From the NCBI GenBank assembly GCA_963666975.2, contig CAXVYR010000003.1, positions 448,001-512,000 on the forward strand: 64,000 nt of DNA, read 5' to 3'. Source of the DNA: Terriglobia bacterium. GTDB lineage: Bacteria; Acidobacteriota; Terriglobia; 2-12-FULL-54-10. The number at the start of each line of letters is the position of its first letter. Position 1 is the first letter of the stretch. The notes under the pieces were generated by a model. That model was not told the DNA's origin. It saw nothing but the letters and a program-made list of their open reading frames with translations, and ran no database searches. Position numbers and translations under genes: made by a program. Below are positions 1-11,882 of the stretch, one piece after another.

Positions 1-172
1 GCAAGGCCAAACCCGAGGAACCGCCCGTAAATTAGAAAAGATGGGGCAGGGCCAGAAAGGATTCTGATTATTTCGGTATGGGCCGACTCTGCGATCAAAG
101 TTCAAGCATATCACAAGGGCTTAGGATGATTCCCGCCAACCGGATGCATCGGCTGATTTGCCAGGAAGGGTC

Positions 173-901
173 TTAGAAAGGAAACAGCATTTTCATACAA
201 AACAGAAGTAAAACTCCCGCAAACACCACCACGGCCATGCGGATACCCGGCTCCCGGTTCACTTCCGGAATCAGGTCACTGGCCGCCACGTAGAGAGTCA
301 CGCCGGCGGAAACCGGCAGGGTATAAGCCACATAGTGGCTCAGCGGGGACATTGCCAGCACACCTGCCAGCGTGGCCAATCCCAAAAACAGCGAGGCCAG
401 CAAAGCCGTCCGTGGGCTTTTGCCCGATGCGAGCATCACGGAGCTTACCGCAAACCCTTCGGGCATTTTATGCATAAAGACGGCCAGGAAAATCACCCAC
501 CCCAGCCAATCCGAAATGAGAAAGCCGGTTGCGATGGACACTCCATCCATAAACGTATGGAGCATCAGCCCGATCAGCACCGTTTGACTGCGGTGGGAAC
601 TGGCGACTTCTTCCGCGTGGGTCTCTTCGCCGAAGTGAAAGTGTGCGGTGAGGGTGTGTTCAACGAAATGAATGAGCAAATATCCGGCGAGCAACCAGAC
701 CGCCGTTTGGCTGCCGAGCAGCTCATAGCTTGCCGGCAGCATCTCCAGCAGAGAAGCGGCCAGCATAAAGCCGGAACCCAGGGCGACAAAATACCTCAGA
801 TAAAGCGGATGCCAGGGGCGGCGCACTACGATAAAGCCGCCGCAAAGGTTGGCGGCAGCGGCCACTAAGCCCAGCAGCAGCCCGGTCCATTGAATCTGCA
901 T
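173..901 (-). CDS. ZIP family divalent metal (zinc) transporter
   Basis: 242 aa multi-pass membrane protein with His-rich loop (AHFHFGEETH) and ZIP signatures LHTFMDG and HKMPEG. Confidence 0.9.
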   Translation of the reverse strand: MQIQWTGLLLGLVAAAANLCGGFIVVRRPWHPLYLRYFVALGSGFMLAASLLEMLPASYELLGSQTAVWLLAGYLLIHFVEHTLTAHFHFGEETHAEEVASSHRSQTVLIGLMLHTFMDGVSIATGFLISDWLGWVIFLAVFMHKMPEGFAVSSVMLASGKSPRTALLASLFLGLATLAGVLAMSPLSHYVAYTLPVSAGVTLYVAASDLIPEVNREPGIRMAVVVFAGVLLLFCMKMLFPF

Positions 902-1036
902 GGTTGTTCAATCGTTACGATAGTTGAAAAGTTGCAAAATTACGAAGCCGCGAAATTGCGAAAAGGAGGAAGTCACCGCTTCTGTACGAAGCGGGTGTGC
1001 GCGGCACGAAACGTATGCGCGGCAGCGGTTTCTCGC

Positions 1037-2116
1037 TCATCCACTGTGGCGGATGTGGACGATCTCCCCATCCTGAACGATGTAATCTTTTCCTTCCAGC
1101 CGGACGAGGCCTGCCTGCCGGGCGGCAGGGAAGCCACCCTGCTCCAGAAGCGTGTCCCAGGGGATGACTTCGGCCCGGATAAAGTGTTTCACCATATCCG
1201 TGTGGATTGCACCCGCCGCTTGCTGTGCGGAAGTATTTTTCGGGATGCTCCAAGCGCGGCATTCCTTTTCGCCTACCGTAAAGAAGACAATTCTGCCCAG
1301 CAGCTCATTGAGGGTGCGCGTCAGGCGCTCGAGCCCGGACTCCCGCAGGCCGTAGCTTTTCCTGAACTCCGCTGCTTCCGCGTCCGCCATCTCCGCCAGT
1401 TCCGCTTCCACCTTTGCGGAAACCACCAGGGCCCTGCTGTTGGGATGCCGGCCCAATTGGTCTAAACCAACCGACTGCAGGACCTCGTCCATCTTCTCCA
1501 CTGCTTCCTCTCCCGCATTCAGCACCAGAAGCATGGGCTTTTCCGACAAGAACAGGAAACCTCGCAACCGCTTCTTTTCTTCCTCCTCCCATTCCACTTC
1601 CCGCAAGGGTTTTTCCGTCTCCAGCCACTTCCGGGCCCTTTCGAGCAACGCCGTTTCCTTTTCGAAGTCAGGATTTTTAATCTTCTTGTGTTCCTTTTCG
1701 AGCTTGGTCAAACGGTTTTCAATTACGCCTAAATCCGCCAGGATCAAGTCCAGCTCCACGCTGGAAATGTCGCGTTGCGGGTCGATACTGCCCTTGAGGT
1801 GAGGGACCGACTCATCGGGAAAGAGGCGGACGACGTGGGCCAGCGCATCCATATTACGAAGGTTGCCCAGGTATGTGCTCTCCTTCAAAGTATCCTTTCC
1901 GATGGCGGCAACGTCGACGCATTCCATCGTGGCATACGTTGTTTTTAAGGGAGTGAAAAGCTTCGAAAGGCGGTCCAAGCGCTCATCGAGCACGTGCGCA
2001 ATGCCGACATGTTGCGCCCCGGAGTGGCTGTGCGACTCCCGTGCAGGGAGACGCGTCAACATTCGGAAAAGGGTTGTCTTCCCGGCCTTAGGCAGGCCAA
2101 TAATTCCACACTGCAT
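1037..2116 (-). CDS. ychF: Redox-regulated ATPase YchF (Obg family)
   Basis: P-loop GLPKAGKTT, DALAHVVR, C-terminal TGS-like FFTVGEKECRAW...AAGAIHTD...FIRAEV...RLEGKDYIVQDG. Confidence 0.93.
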   Translation of the reverse strand: MQCGIIGLPKAGKTTLFRMLTRLPARESHSHSGAQHVGIAHVLDERLDRLSKLFTPLKTTYATMECVDVAAIGKDTLKESTYLGNLRNMDALAHVVRLFPDESVPHLKGSIDPQRDISSVELDLILADLGVIENRLTKLEKEHKKIKNPDFEKETALLERARKWLETEKPLREVEWEEEEKKRLRGFLFLSEKPMLLVLNAGEEAVEKMDEVLQSVGLDQLGRHPNSRALVVSAKVEAELAEMADAEAAEFRKSYGLRESGLERLTRTLNELLGRIVFFTVGEKECRAWSIPKNTSAQQAAGAIHTDMVKHFIRAEVIPWDTLLEQGGFPAARQAGLVRLEGKDYIVQDGEIVHIRHSG

Positions 2117-2143
2117 CGGATTAGAAAACTGCCGAACCGGGCC

Positions 2144-3133
2144 TCAAAAGGCCCAACGCACCAACGCTGTACCCACTGTGTAACCGGCGCCCGCTGCCGC
2201 GTAAAGGACAAGGTTCCCCTTTTTCAGCCTTCCTTGCTGGATTGCATCCGCAGTAGCCAGGGGGATGGTAGCGGCCGTTGTGTTTCCGTAGCGGTCAATG
2301 TTGATGAGGACTTTATTCGGGTCCATTCCCAGCCGGTCGGCGGCGGCCTCGATGATGCGCCGGTTGGCTTGGTGGGAAATAAAGATATCCAAGTCGGAGA
2401 CGGACAGAGAGTTTCGCTCCAGGATCGATTTGCACGCCTCAGACATCTTTCGTATGGCGTATTTGAAGACCTGCGACCCGTCCTGGTGGACATAATGTAA
2501 TTTTTTCTTCACGGTCTCTTCGGTGGAAGGCATCCGGCTGCCTCCCGCCGGCATTTGCAAAAATTGGCCTCCGGAGCCGTCAATTTCATTGAGGTAGTCG
2601 AGGATGCCTTCATCCTCCGATTCAGCCGGTTCCAAAAGAACTGCGCCAGCGCCGTCTCCAAAGATGACACAGGTGGCGCGGTCCTCGTAATTGATGATAC
2701 TGGACATCACGTCGGCTCCCACCACCAGTACGTTTTTCTGAGATCCGCTCGCGATCAATTGCGCCCCTGTCGTCAAAGCATAGAGGAAACCGGAGCAGGC
2801 AGCCGAAAGATCAAAACCCCAAGCCCCGCGGGCCCCGAGTTTGTCCTGCAGGATACAAGCTGTCGCAGGGAAAAACGTGTCCGGAGTGACGGTGGCCACG
2901 ATGATCGTCTCAATTTCCGCAGGGCTAATCCCTCGCTGGGCCAGCACCTTTTTGCAGGCTTCAAACGCAAGGTCTGAAGTGGCGATTCCATTGTCGACGA
3001 TGTGCCGCTCCCGGATGCCGGTTCGCTCCAGAATCCAACTGTCGGAAGTGTTCACCATTTTTTCCAGATCAGCGTTGGTGAGTGTCTTGGGTGGGGTATA
3101 ACAGCCCAGGGCCGAAATTTTTGCTCGCTTCAA
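2144..3133 (-). CDS. fabH: Beta-ketoacyl-ACP synthase III
   Basis: [12 protein letters not shown]; catalytic AACSGF, HQANRRI and GNT motifs. Confidence 0.96.
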   Translation of the reverse strand: MKRAKISALGCYTPPKTLTNADLEKMVNTSDSWILERTGIRERHIVDNGIATSDLAFEACKKVLAQRGISPAEIETIIVATVTPDTFFPATACILQDKLGARGAWGFDLSAACSGFLYALTTGAQLIASGSQKNVLVVGADVMSSIINYEDRATCVIFGDGAGAVLLEPAESEDEGILDYLNEIDGSGGQFLQMPAGGSRMPSTEETVKKKLHYVHQDGSQVFKYAIRKMSEACKSILERNSLSVSDLDIFISHQANRRIIEAAADRLGMDPNKVLINIDRYGNTTAATIPLATADAIQQGRLKKGNLVLYAAAGAGYTVGTALVRWAF

Positions 3134-3242
3134 TTAGGAATGCCTCAATCGTGCTAGTTGATTCTGTAATGGAGACCCACTACTGTATTTTTGTTTTGAA
3201 AAAAAAGCAAGATTCGTGGCCGGGGGAATCGCGAGGATCGTC

Positions 3243-4487
3243 TTAAGCTTCGGTTTCATCGAACACTCCCGCAAGTCTCAGTGCGATCAGCAATATCCGC
3301 TGCAAGCCCAGTTCGCGCCCCCGAGGGTGGTACCATTCGTTTGGGGTATGCGCGCCCCCGCCCGATCCTCCCCCGCCGGTTGCAACGGCCTCGATGCCGA
3401 GTGACAGCGGAATGTTGGCATCGGTCGAGGAACATTCCAGCCTGCTCTGGATTCCCAGACTCTGGTCCACTTCCCGAATTACTTCCAGGATGCGGGCAGA
3501 AGGGGGCAGCTCCGCCACTGGACGGTCGCCAATCTGTGCAATTCTTGCCTCCAAGCGGCCCGATCCGCGCTGACTCTCCTTTTCTACTCCCGCCTGAATG
3601 GCCGATTCCAGGGCCAGCGAGAGCTGCTGGATCATGGCGGCTTCGCCCGACCGGATGTCCACTTTCATCCATGCGGATTGCGGAATGGAGTTCACCGTCG
3701 TTCCGCCTTGGATCGTTCCGATGTTGAGGGAGGTCCGCGGGTTGGAAGGGAGATCGATTTCGTTCAATTGCGTAACCGCCAGGGCCAGCGCGTGTATGGG
3801 GTTTACGGCGCCAAAGTCGCTCCAACTGTGGCCACCCGGGCCGGTGATCTCAATCAAAAACCGGCGGCTTCCCAGGCCGGCTATCGCCGTATGGTTGATG
3901 CTGGCCCCATCCAGCACCAACATGCCCTGCACACGCTCGGACAGCTCCCGCTGAGCAAACAGGTGCCGCATACCGCACAGATTTCCTTCGCCTTCTTCAC
4001 CGACATTGGCCACAAACAAGAGCGAAAGGTCCGTCTCAATCCGGCTGCGCTGAACAGCTGCGGCGGTACCCAGCAAAGCTGCCAGGCCTGCTCCGTTGTC
4101 GGAGATGCCCGGAGCGCAAAAGCGGCCATTGTCCCGTTTGACCGTGATCGGCATGCCGGGAGGCGACACCGTGTCCAGATGAGCGGTGACGGCAATGAGC
4201 CCGCTGCTCGTCCCGGGCCTCTCCCCCAGCAGGTTTCCCGTTGAGTCGACGCGTACGCGCTCCAGCCCCAGTTCCCGGAACCGTTCGGTCATGTAGCTGG
4301 CTCGCTCTGATTCCAGAAATGTCGGGGCCGGTATTTCCGTCAGTTCAATATGGACCCGGTCCAGCCACTCTCGCTGCTCGTGCAAAGATCGGATCACTTT
4401 CTGCAAGCCGGGAAGCTCCGCGATCTCTCGCAAAGCGGAAATCCTCCGCCGACGGGTGGCGCCTGGACGTGTGAGGGGACTGGACAT
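3243..4487 (-). CDS. M20/M25/M40 family metallopeptidase/hydrolase
   Basis: AHLDTV, GISDN, GEEGEG, GPGGHSW, STDAN and AHTPNEW metal-binding motifs. Confidence 0.88.
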   Translation of the reverse strand: MSSPLTRPGATRRRRISALREIAELPGLQKVIRSLHEQREWLDRVHIELTEIPAPTFLESERASYMTERFRELGLERVRVDSTGNLLGERPGTSSGLIAVTAHLDTVSPPGMPITVKRDNGRFCAPGISDNGAGLAALLGTAAAVQRSRIETDLSLLFVANVGEEGEGNLCGMRHLFAQRELSERVQGMLVLDGASINHTAIAGLGSRRFLIEITGPGGHSWSDFGAVNPIHALALAVTQLNEIDLPSNPRTSLNIGTIQGGTTVNSIPQSAWMKVDIRSGEAAMIQQLSLALESAIQAGVEKESQRGSGRLEARIAQIGDRPVAELPPSARILEVIREVDQSLGIQSRLECSSTDANIPLSLGIEAVATGGGGSGGGAHTPNEWYHPRGRELGLQRILLIALRLAGVFDETEA

Positions 4488-4518
4488 GAATTCAGCCTGT
4501 CGCGGTTGCCTCTAGGGA

Positions 4519-4770
4519 TCAGTATTGCAAGGTTCCTGTTCGTCTTTCCGGATCGGCAGCGGGCAGATACAGCGTATGACAATGCTCGCAGCGATAAATT
4601 TCAGCATCGCTGCCATGCTGGCGCTTGATCTCCTCGCCGAATTGATACCGCCGTTTCAAATGGCCTGCGCAGAGCTTGCCCTTCGCATTCTTTTCATTGC
4701 AGGCGCGCTGATGGGGCATCCGGGTCTTTGCCTGGTTGGGTGTGGACGGAGTGGAAAAAGCCTCAGCCAT
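4519..4770 (-). CDS. Small hypothetical protein, possibly Zn-binding
   Basis: 83 aa with C..CAGH...CEHC; RBS-like GAGGAGG upstream; co-oriented between truA and the peptidase. Confidence 0.7.
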   Translation of the reverse strand: MAEAFSTPSTPNQAKTRMPHQRACNEKNAKGKLCAGHLKRRYQFGEEIKRQHGSDAEIYRCEHCHTLYLPAADPERRTGTLQY

Positions 4771-4845
4771 GAGATTATGTTTACCTCCTCATAGGGGACA
4801 CACAGCTCCCGACGTTTCGATAATCCAAGGATCCGTTTACCTACT

Positions 4846-5706
4846 CTATATTCTACCGGGAAGCTGCTGCTTGTCCAGAGGGGCGGAATCAGAGGGGCCG
4901 TCGTCCGCGTAAGTGACACGAAGCAGATGCAGGCCACGTGCCGGAGCCGTAGGCCCGGCTGCCGTACGCTGGCAAGCGGAAAGTATTTCAGAAATTTGTT
5001 GCGGGGCAGTTCGGCCCCTGCCCACCTCCAGCAGAGTCCCCACAATATTTCGCACCATGTGATACAGGAAACCGTTGCCTGTAACGGTGTAGACGAGTTC
5101 GTCCGCCTGCCGGTGCATCTGGGAGGCGGATACCGTGCGGACGAAAGAGGATTCGTCGGGATGCTCGCTTCTATCCGCAGCCGTAAAGGAGCGAAAGTTC
5201 TGGGTGCCCTCGAAATATTTTGCCGCCTCTTGCATGGCCTCCTCCTGGAGAGGATACGGGAAGTGATACGCGTACCGGCAAAGCCAGGGAGGGCAGATGG
5301 GCCCGCGAAAAATTCGGTAGCGGTAAGTTTTCGAGCAGGCGTTGTACCGCGCATGGAAATCTCCGGCTGCTTCCTGAACCGAGAGAACACGGAGGCTGCC
5401 CGGCAAATGGTCGTTCAAGGCCTTCACCAAGTTGGGACAGGGAATTCGTGAATCCATCCTTACGTTCGCCGCCTGTTCTTCGGCATGCACGCCCGCATCG
5501 GTCCGCCCGGCTCCATATACGGTAATCTTCTCCCCGCAGATCTCCTCCAAAGTGGAGACCAGCAAGCCCTGGATGGTGACCTGGCGGGGTTGAATTTGCC
5601 ATCCGCTGAAATCTGTCCCGTCGTATGCGACCTTCATCAGAAGGTTGCGTCGTGTGGCTTGGTATTTCTTGGGGGAATCCTCCGGGTCTTCCGATGTCCT
5701 GCTCAT
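4846..5706 (-). CDS. truA: tRNA pseudouridine(38-40) synthase
   Basis: AYDGTDFSGWQ, GAGRTDAGVHA, FHARY, GNGFLYHMVR, TAPARGL. Confidence 0.96.
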   Translation of the reverse strand: MSRTSEDPEDSPKKYQATRRNLLMKVAYDGTDFSGWQIQPRQVTIQGLLVSTLEEICGEKITVYGAGRTDAGVHAEEQAANVRMDSRIPCPNLVKALNDHLPGSLRVLSVQEAAGDFHARYNACSKTYRYRIFRGPICPPWLCRYAYHFPYPLQEEAMQEAAKYFEGTQNFRSFTAADRSEHPDESSFVRTVSASQMHRQADELVYTVTGNGFLYHMVRNIVGTLLEVGRGRTAPQQISEILSACQRTAAGPTAPARGLHLLRVTYADDGPSDSAPLDKQQLPGRI

Positions 5707-5982
5707 GATGTTCGCCCTGTCCGTGTCATTTCAGCCGTTTCAGTTGATTCCCCTGTGGCGGTGCAGGCGGCTTGCAATTGCAACTGCACCAGCCTAGCAA
5801 CTCCGCCGGAAAAAGCCCAGCGGCTTTTCGGAATGTCCATTCGATGAAATTCTTGTTGCACAACGGCACAGCGGATGATGAAATGGCTTGGGACATCCCT
5901 TAGACTTCCCGACGGAAGAATCGAACTGGATGAGAAACCGGCTTTTGCTGCACGGCGCGACGAGCCGGCGTATTCAAAGCCA

Positions 5983-6426
5983 ATGGCCGATCATTTCTTT
6001 GATTTAGAGCGAGCGGAAAAGCTTCTGCCGCAACTCCAGCGATGGCTGGAGATTGCCACCGGCGCGAGGAAAGAGCTGGTGGAGATTGAACAAGAATATG
6101 AGCGCTTGGTGGAAGAGATTTCATTGTTGGGGGGGCGGATGATTGATGTGCCGCACTTCTCCCGGCGCAAGCAGGAAAAGAAGGAGCGGATTTCCCAACT
6201 GCAGAATACAGCCCGCAAGATTGAAGACTCCGGGTGCCTGCTGAAGGATCTGGAAGAGGGTTTGGTGGATTTTCCTTGCCAAGTCGATGGCCGGGAGGTG
6301 TATCTTTGCTGGAAATCAGGCGAGCCGAGTATTCAATTCTGGCACAATACCGATGAGGGATTCGCGAGCCGCAAGCCGGTCGACGGCAAACTGCTGGAGC
6401 AACTGAAACACAGACGCCCGAGTTAG
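5983..6426 (+). CDS. DUF2203 domain protein
   Basis: FDLERAEKLLP...KDLEEGLVDFP...VYLCWKSGEPSIQFWH...GFASRKP; start trimmed to ATG 5983. Confidence 0.85.
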   Translation: MADHFFDLERAEKLLPQLQRWLEIATGARKELVEIEQEYERLVEEISLLGGRMIDVPHFSRRKQEKKERISQLQNTARKIEDSGCLLKDLEEGLVDFPCQVDGREVYLCWKSGEPSIQFWHNTDEGFASRKPVDGKLLEQLKHRRPS

Positions 6427-6495
6427 TAGCCCGAATTGAAAACCACGGCTTGAGAACCTTTTGGATAACGCCCAGCCGGAGTTGGGATAGAATAG

Positions 6496-7944
<1,449 letters not shown>

Positions 7945-8266
7945 CCCCCGCCGCAAAACGAGCGACCTGCGCCCACCGTTGGCCGGGGGCTGCAGTAGAG
8001 CGCCTGCTTTTCCGTTCGGCAAACTGGCAGTCAAATGAACCGCAGGCGAGAAATCGCCCGCGGCTGGTTTTCGATTTGCAACATTTCTGGAAAGGGCGTT
8101 TCTCAGGCACTATCCATCTGAGCCCATCTGAGCCTGGCGGAATAATTCGTAAACGGTAGGCGACCAGGCAGGATCAATCTGCTAACAGCGTGCGATTGAG
8201 CCGCGACGGCGCGGTCGGGCCCTTGTCCTGAAGAACCAGACCGACTTCCGTCTTCCGTCGGCGGCT

Positions 8267-8728
8267 CTAATCGCGTGTTAGCCAGGCTGTCTGGTACCGA
8301 CCCACGGCAATAGCGTCGAATCTCGCCAACGACTCTTCATAAATAAGGGCGCCTTCATTCGGATCACCAAAGCTCACATGCGGCAAACCTCCTGGGATGA
8401 AGAGATACTGACCTGGTCCTACACGTTTCTCCGTCCCGTCCTGAGATCTGTAAATGTAAGCGCCGCTGATACCTATCACTCGAGTGTCGTTCGTGTGAAT
8501 ATGGAGGATGGCGGTATCAGGGTTCCCGGGCCCAAACCTGACAAAGGCGCCAGACGGTCCCTCGCCTCGGTTCCCCCACACTGTGAGGGGCCCATTGGTG
8601 AAATCGTGCCTTGCGGAATCAAAAAAGATCGCTTCCCGGCCCCGCTGCGCCACAACAGCCACACCGGTAATGACAGTCACCACAGCCAGGCCTCCGGCGA
8701 TCAAAAGGACCTTGGCGAAACGTGTCAT
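8267..8728 (-). CDS. Exported cupin-domain protein (DUF4437-like)
   Basis: N-terminal signal/TM segment; cupin motifs LHIHT and GPGQYLFIPGGLPH; RBS AAGGAGG before ATG 8728. Confidence 0.7.
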   Translation of the reverse strand: MTRFAKVLLIAGGLAVVTVITGVAVVAQRGREAIFFDSARHDFTNGPLTVWGNRGEGPSGAFVRFGPGNPDTAILHIHTNDTRVIGISGAYIYRSQDGTEKRVGPGQYLFIPGGLPHVSFGDPNEGALIYEESLARFDAIAVGRYQTAWLTRD

Positions 8729-9208
8729 GATGTCCTCCTTCGACTTTCTGCGTGTTATGAAGATCCGTGAGCAAGCCACGGTCGTTCTGGCTAACTCTTG
8801 TTTAGGCTGACCTGCATAAAATCCTTCCCGGTCGGCCTAACGTGAATGCGCCATCGACTCGTTCCGGCCTTAACCGCCTGCTGTGTAGAGACTTCCCCTG
8901 CATACGGCAATTTGCCTCCGGAATGTTATGCGGACGCCTCGGTCCGCATAAGCCCACGGCTCAAAACGCGAGTATATATCGTCGAGGTATCACCACCAAC
9001 GCAAAAGTTACAATCTTAAATTGCGCGCCAGGTGCCCAATAGCTCCCCTGTAACGCAATAGTGTTTTCCGATCCATTGCCACATGGCCGTGTAGTCGGCT
9101 TTCCGGAAACTTGCCGTCGCCAGAAAACTGATCCGCCATCCCGATTCCAGAACGGGTCTCCCAAATCTATGATTCGCGTTATAATAAAAAAAGAAAGGTA
9201 GAGGAGAT

Positions 9209-10117
9209 ATGCCTGGAATTTGGAGTCAAGTCAGCAAGGCCTTTCGAGAGCTAAATCCGGAAGAGCTTGTTCGTGAGGCAGACCGGTCCCTCTCGCTGGC
9301 GCTCGTAGCAGGCACTCCGGAGGAGTTGAGCCAGATAGAAGCTTTTTTCCTGCCCGCCTCTCTTGGCCGGAACAAAGCCGAGCAGGTCCGTCAACGGCTG
9401 TTTCCCTTTCTCTATCCGCTTCGCCCGTCGCAGGAGCAGATGCTGCGCGAGTTTGATTTGGTGATCTGCTCGCAAGCCGTCACTGAAGGTGTTGGGCCTC
9501 TTTCGCCGTACGTCTATATTTTTGGCCGCGTGGATTCGCGGACTTTCGTAAAGGACATCTTGCGGGACAGATGGGACTTGGCGCTGCCTCTGGCCAAGAA
9601 CTTCCTGCCGTTTCGGAGTCCCGCACAACAGCGATGGATTCACTCGATAGCTTTCGAGAGCGCCCTGTTTGCGATGATGACGGCGGTCCCGAATGTATTG
9701 CCTACGCCCTTCTCCTTGCCCTGGGCGGCCACAGAGTTTGCTTCGAGCACCGTATTTCTGACGGCCAATCAAATGCGTCTCGCCTTTTTAATTGCCTCCT
9801 CCAGCGACTCCGCCGTTGGGTTCCGCGAGCAGAAAGGGCAGTTGACGGCGATTGCGGCGGCTGCGTTCGGCTGGCGGTCGCTGGCCCGCGAATTGGCCGG
9901 CAAGATTCCAGCAGGCCGCGGCCTGTTGAGTAAAGGGTTGATGGCTTACGCAGGGACCTATGTTACGGGAGTTACGCTGGAACAGATCCATGCCCTGGGC
10001 CGCACCCTGACACGCGAAGAAAAGCGTCAGGCCTTTGAAGATGCCTATCGTGCCGGACGCGCAGTGCTGGACAAAGCCTTGAGTGCCATGGGCTCCCCAG
10101 CCCATTCGGCCGCTTAA
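9209..10117 (+). CDS. Hypothetical protein with a C-terminal DUF697/EcsC-like helical region
   Basis: 302 aa ORF with strong RBS (AGGAG); C-terminal LTANQMRL...AAAFGWRSLAREL...YAGTYVTG resembles the DUF697 type. Confidence 0.65.
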   Translation: MPGIWSQVSKAFRELNPEELVREADRSLSLALVAGTPEELSQIEAFFLPASLGRNKAEQVRQRLFPFLYPLRPSQEQMLREFDLVICSQAVTEGVGPLSPYVYIFGRVDSRTFVKDILRDRWDLALPLAKNFLPFRSPAQQRWIHSIAFESALFAMMTAVPNVLPTPFSLPWAATEFASSTVFLTANQMRLAFLIASSSDSAVGFREQKGQLTAIAAAAFGWRSLARELAGKIPAGRGLLSKGLMAYAGTYVTGVTLEQIHALGRTLTREEKRQAFEDAYRAGRAVLDKALSAMGSPAHSAA

Positions 10118-10317
10118 AAAACCCACGGCAGGGCTCGGAATATGCCACTGGTTCGGGTCCAGAACGCTCCGTCGAACGCCCAGACAATCTTCCAGACTGT
10201 CGTGCCCATCCCCTTGGTATTTTTCTCCGTCGCTGAATTCTGCTGCCCGTCCCCTTCCTGTGATTTGAATGCAACTCGCTTACTCGACCCTCATACTACA
10301 TTCTCGGGAGGTCTGCT

Positions 10318-11313
10318 ATGCATGTACACTTCAGCTATCATCACGTTTCCCGAAACCCTCAGTTAGACCATGCGGTTGATTCGCACGTTCAGAAGTTGGG
10401 AAAATTCCTGGTTCGATTTTCGCCCGACTTGGTGCATCTGCGCGGCATACTGGAATTTAACTCGCCGCACCATGAGGCGGCCTGTTCTCTGAACATGTGG
10501 TTGCCAACCGCCCGGATTCATGCGAGAGAGAGCGGCGCTTCCGTATTGACGGTTATGCAGGCCTCTTTCAGCGAGTTGCTGGAGCAGGTGAAGCGGCACA
10601 AACGGGTCCTTCGGAGAGAAGGCGTGTGGAAGCGGCGGCGCTTCAAATTTCAGCACGAAGCGGAGAAGCTGCAAGCGGGCGAACTGCGAGTGGCCGACCG
10701 GCAGGAGATGCGCGATTATTTGGACCAGGTGCTTCCGCAACTGGAACATTTTATCGACCGCGAGCTGCGATACCTGGATCTGGCAGGCACGCTGAAACCG
10801 GGGCAGCCGCAGCTTACAGAAGTTGTGAATGAGGTTGTGGCCAGGTCGATGGAGAACGTGAAAGCTTCTTATGCGGAGTCGGTGCCCTTTCATCGACTGG
10901 TGAGCGAAGTAATACAGGTTCTGGAAAGCGCGCTCGCTCAACCGGCGACAGTTGCGACGGCTGATTCTGTCAAAACACCCGCCGCAATAAAGGAGGTTGT
11001 CGTCGCGCCGGAACAGAAAAGCCGTGCCGCAGCTCAGCGGATATCGAACAACTCCGGGGCAGGCGAGCCTGTGGCGCATTCGGCGGAACCATCTCCGGTG
11101 GAGCAATACCTGGCCGCCCTGCCAAAATTAGAGCGTCAGGTATATGTGCTGCATGCGTTGGAGGGATTCAATTGGGAAGAGACGGCGCAGGTATTAGGGC
11201 GTCCGGCAGGTGAGCTGCAGGAGCTTTTCCGGGGCGTGAGCCGGGAGGTTTCCGCGATCCTCCGGCAGGCAGAGGGAGAAGGGGAGGCATCACCACGCAA
11301 CGTACTGGCATGA
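10318..11313 (+). CDS. HPF/RaiA-like domain fused to sigma-70 region 2/4-like domains
   Basis: First ~100 aa show the HPF pattern; C-terminal LAALPKLERQVYVLHALEGFNWEETAQVLG is a sigma region-4 HTH; RBS GGGAGG. Confidence 0.75.
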   Translation: MHVHFSYHHVSRNPQLDHAVDSHVQKLGKFLVRFSPDLVHLRGILEFNSPHHEAACSLNMWLPTARIHARESGASVLTVMQASFSELLEQVKRHKRVLRREGVWKRRRFKFQHEAEKLQAGELRVADRQEMRDYLDQVLPQLEHFIDRELRYLDLAGTLKPGQPQLTEVVNEVVARSMENVKASYAESVPFHRLVSEVIQVLESALAQPATVATADSVKTPAAIKEVVVAPEQKSRAAAQRISNNSGAGEPVAHSAEPSPVEQYLAALPKLERQVYVLHALEGFNWEETAQVLGRPAGELQELFRGVSREVSAILRQAEGEGEASPRNVLA

Positions 11314-11353
11314 GACTTCAAAGGAAGGTGAGCGCGCCGGCAATTCGCTTCTT

Positions 11354-11668
11354 ATGAATCCAAAGATGACCCACTGGGACTCCGCCTGGGGTCCTTTGCG
11401 GGAAGAGACCATGCGGCAACGGCTGACTGGCGAAGGTTATGCCGTCGCAAAATATCACTACCCGCCGGGAACCTATTTCCCCTCGCATACCCATACCGTA
11501 AATAAAAAGGACACCGTGCTACAGGGGCATCTGCGGATCAGTTGGGAGGGAGGCGAAACGGTGCTCGACCCCGGCGATATGATAGAGATCCCGGCGGGCC
11601 TCCCGCACAGCGCCGAGGTGGTGGGATCGGAAACCGTCGTCAGCTTGGATGCAACCAAGCCTGCATAG
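11354..11668 (+). CDS. Cupin domain protein
   Basis: YPPGTYFPSHTH...LDPGDMIEIPAGLPHSAEV. Confidence 0.85.
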   Translation: MNPKMTHWDSAWGPLREETMRQRLTGEGYAVAKYHYPPGTYFPSHTHTVNKKDTVLQGHLRISWEGGETVLDPGDMIEIPAGLPHSAEVVGSETVVSLDATKPA

Positions 11669-11882
11669 GGGGTTAATACAGGTTGCAAGGTTGCTGAAGT
11701 TTCCGCTTTTGTTTGTGCCGGATCACGAGCGGAAATTCGCCACGCTTTGTAGGAGCGCCGATGGCGCTATCGCCGCTGTCTTGACTTTCCGCGCAGGATT
11801 GGATAATTTGGACAAAGCTTTCGTTTGGCGGCTGATTTCGGGCAAGGCTCAGCGGGCAAAGCAAATTGATTAAGGAGAATGG

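Noticed and set aside
8780-9200. Small ORFs between the cupin gene and 9209
   Set aside because: No RBS or motif support; treated as intergenic.
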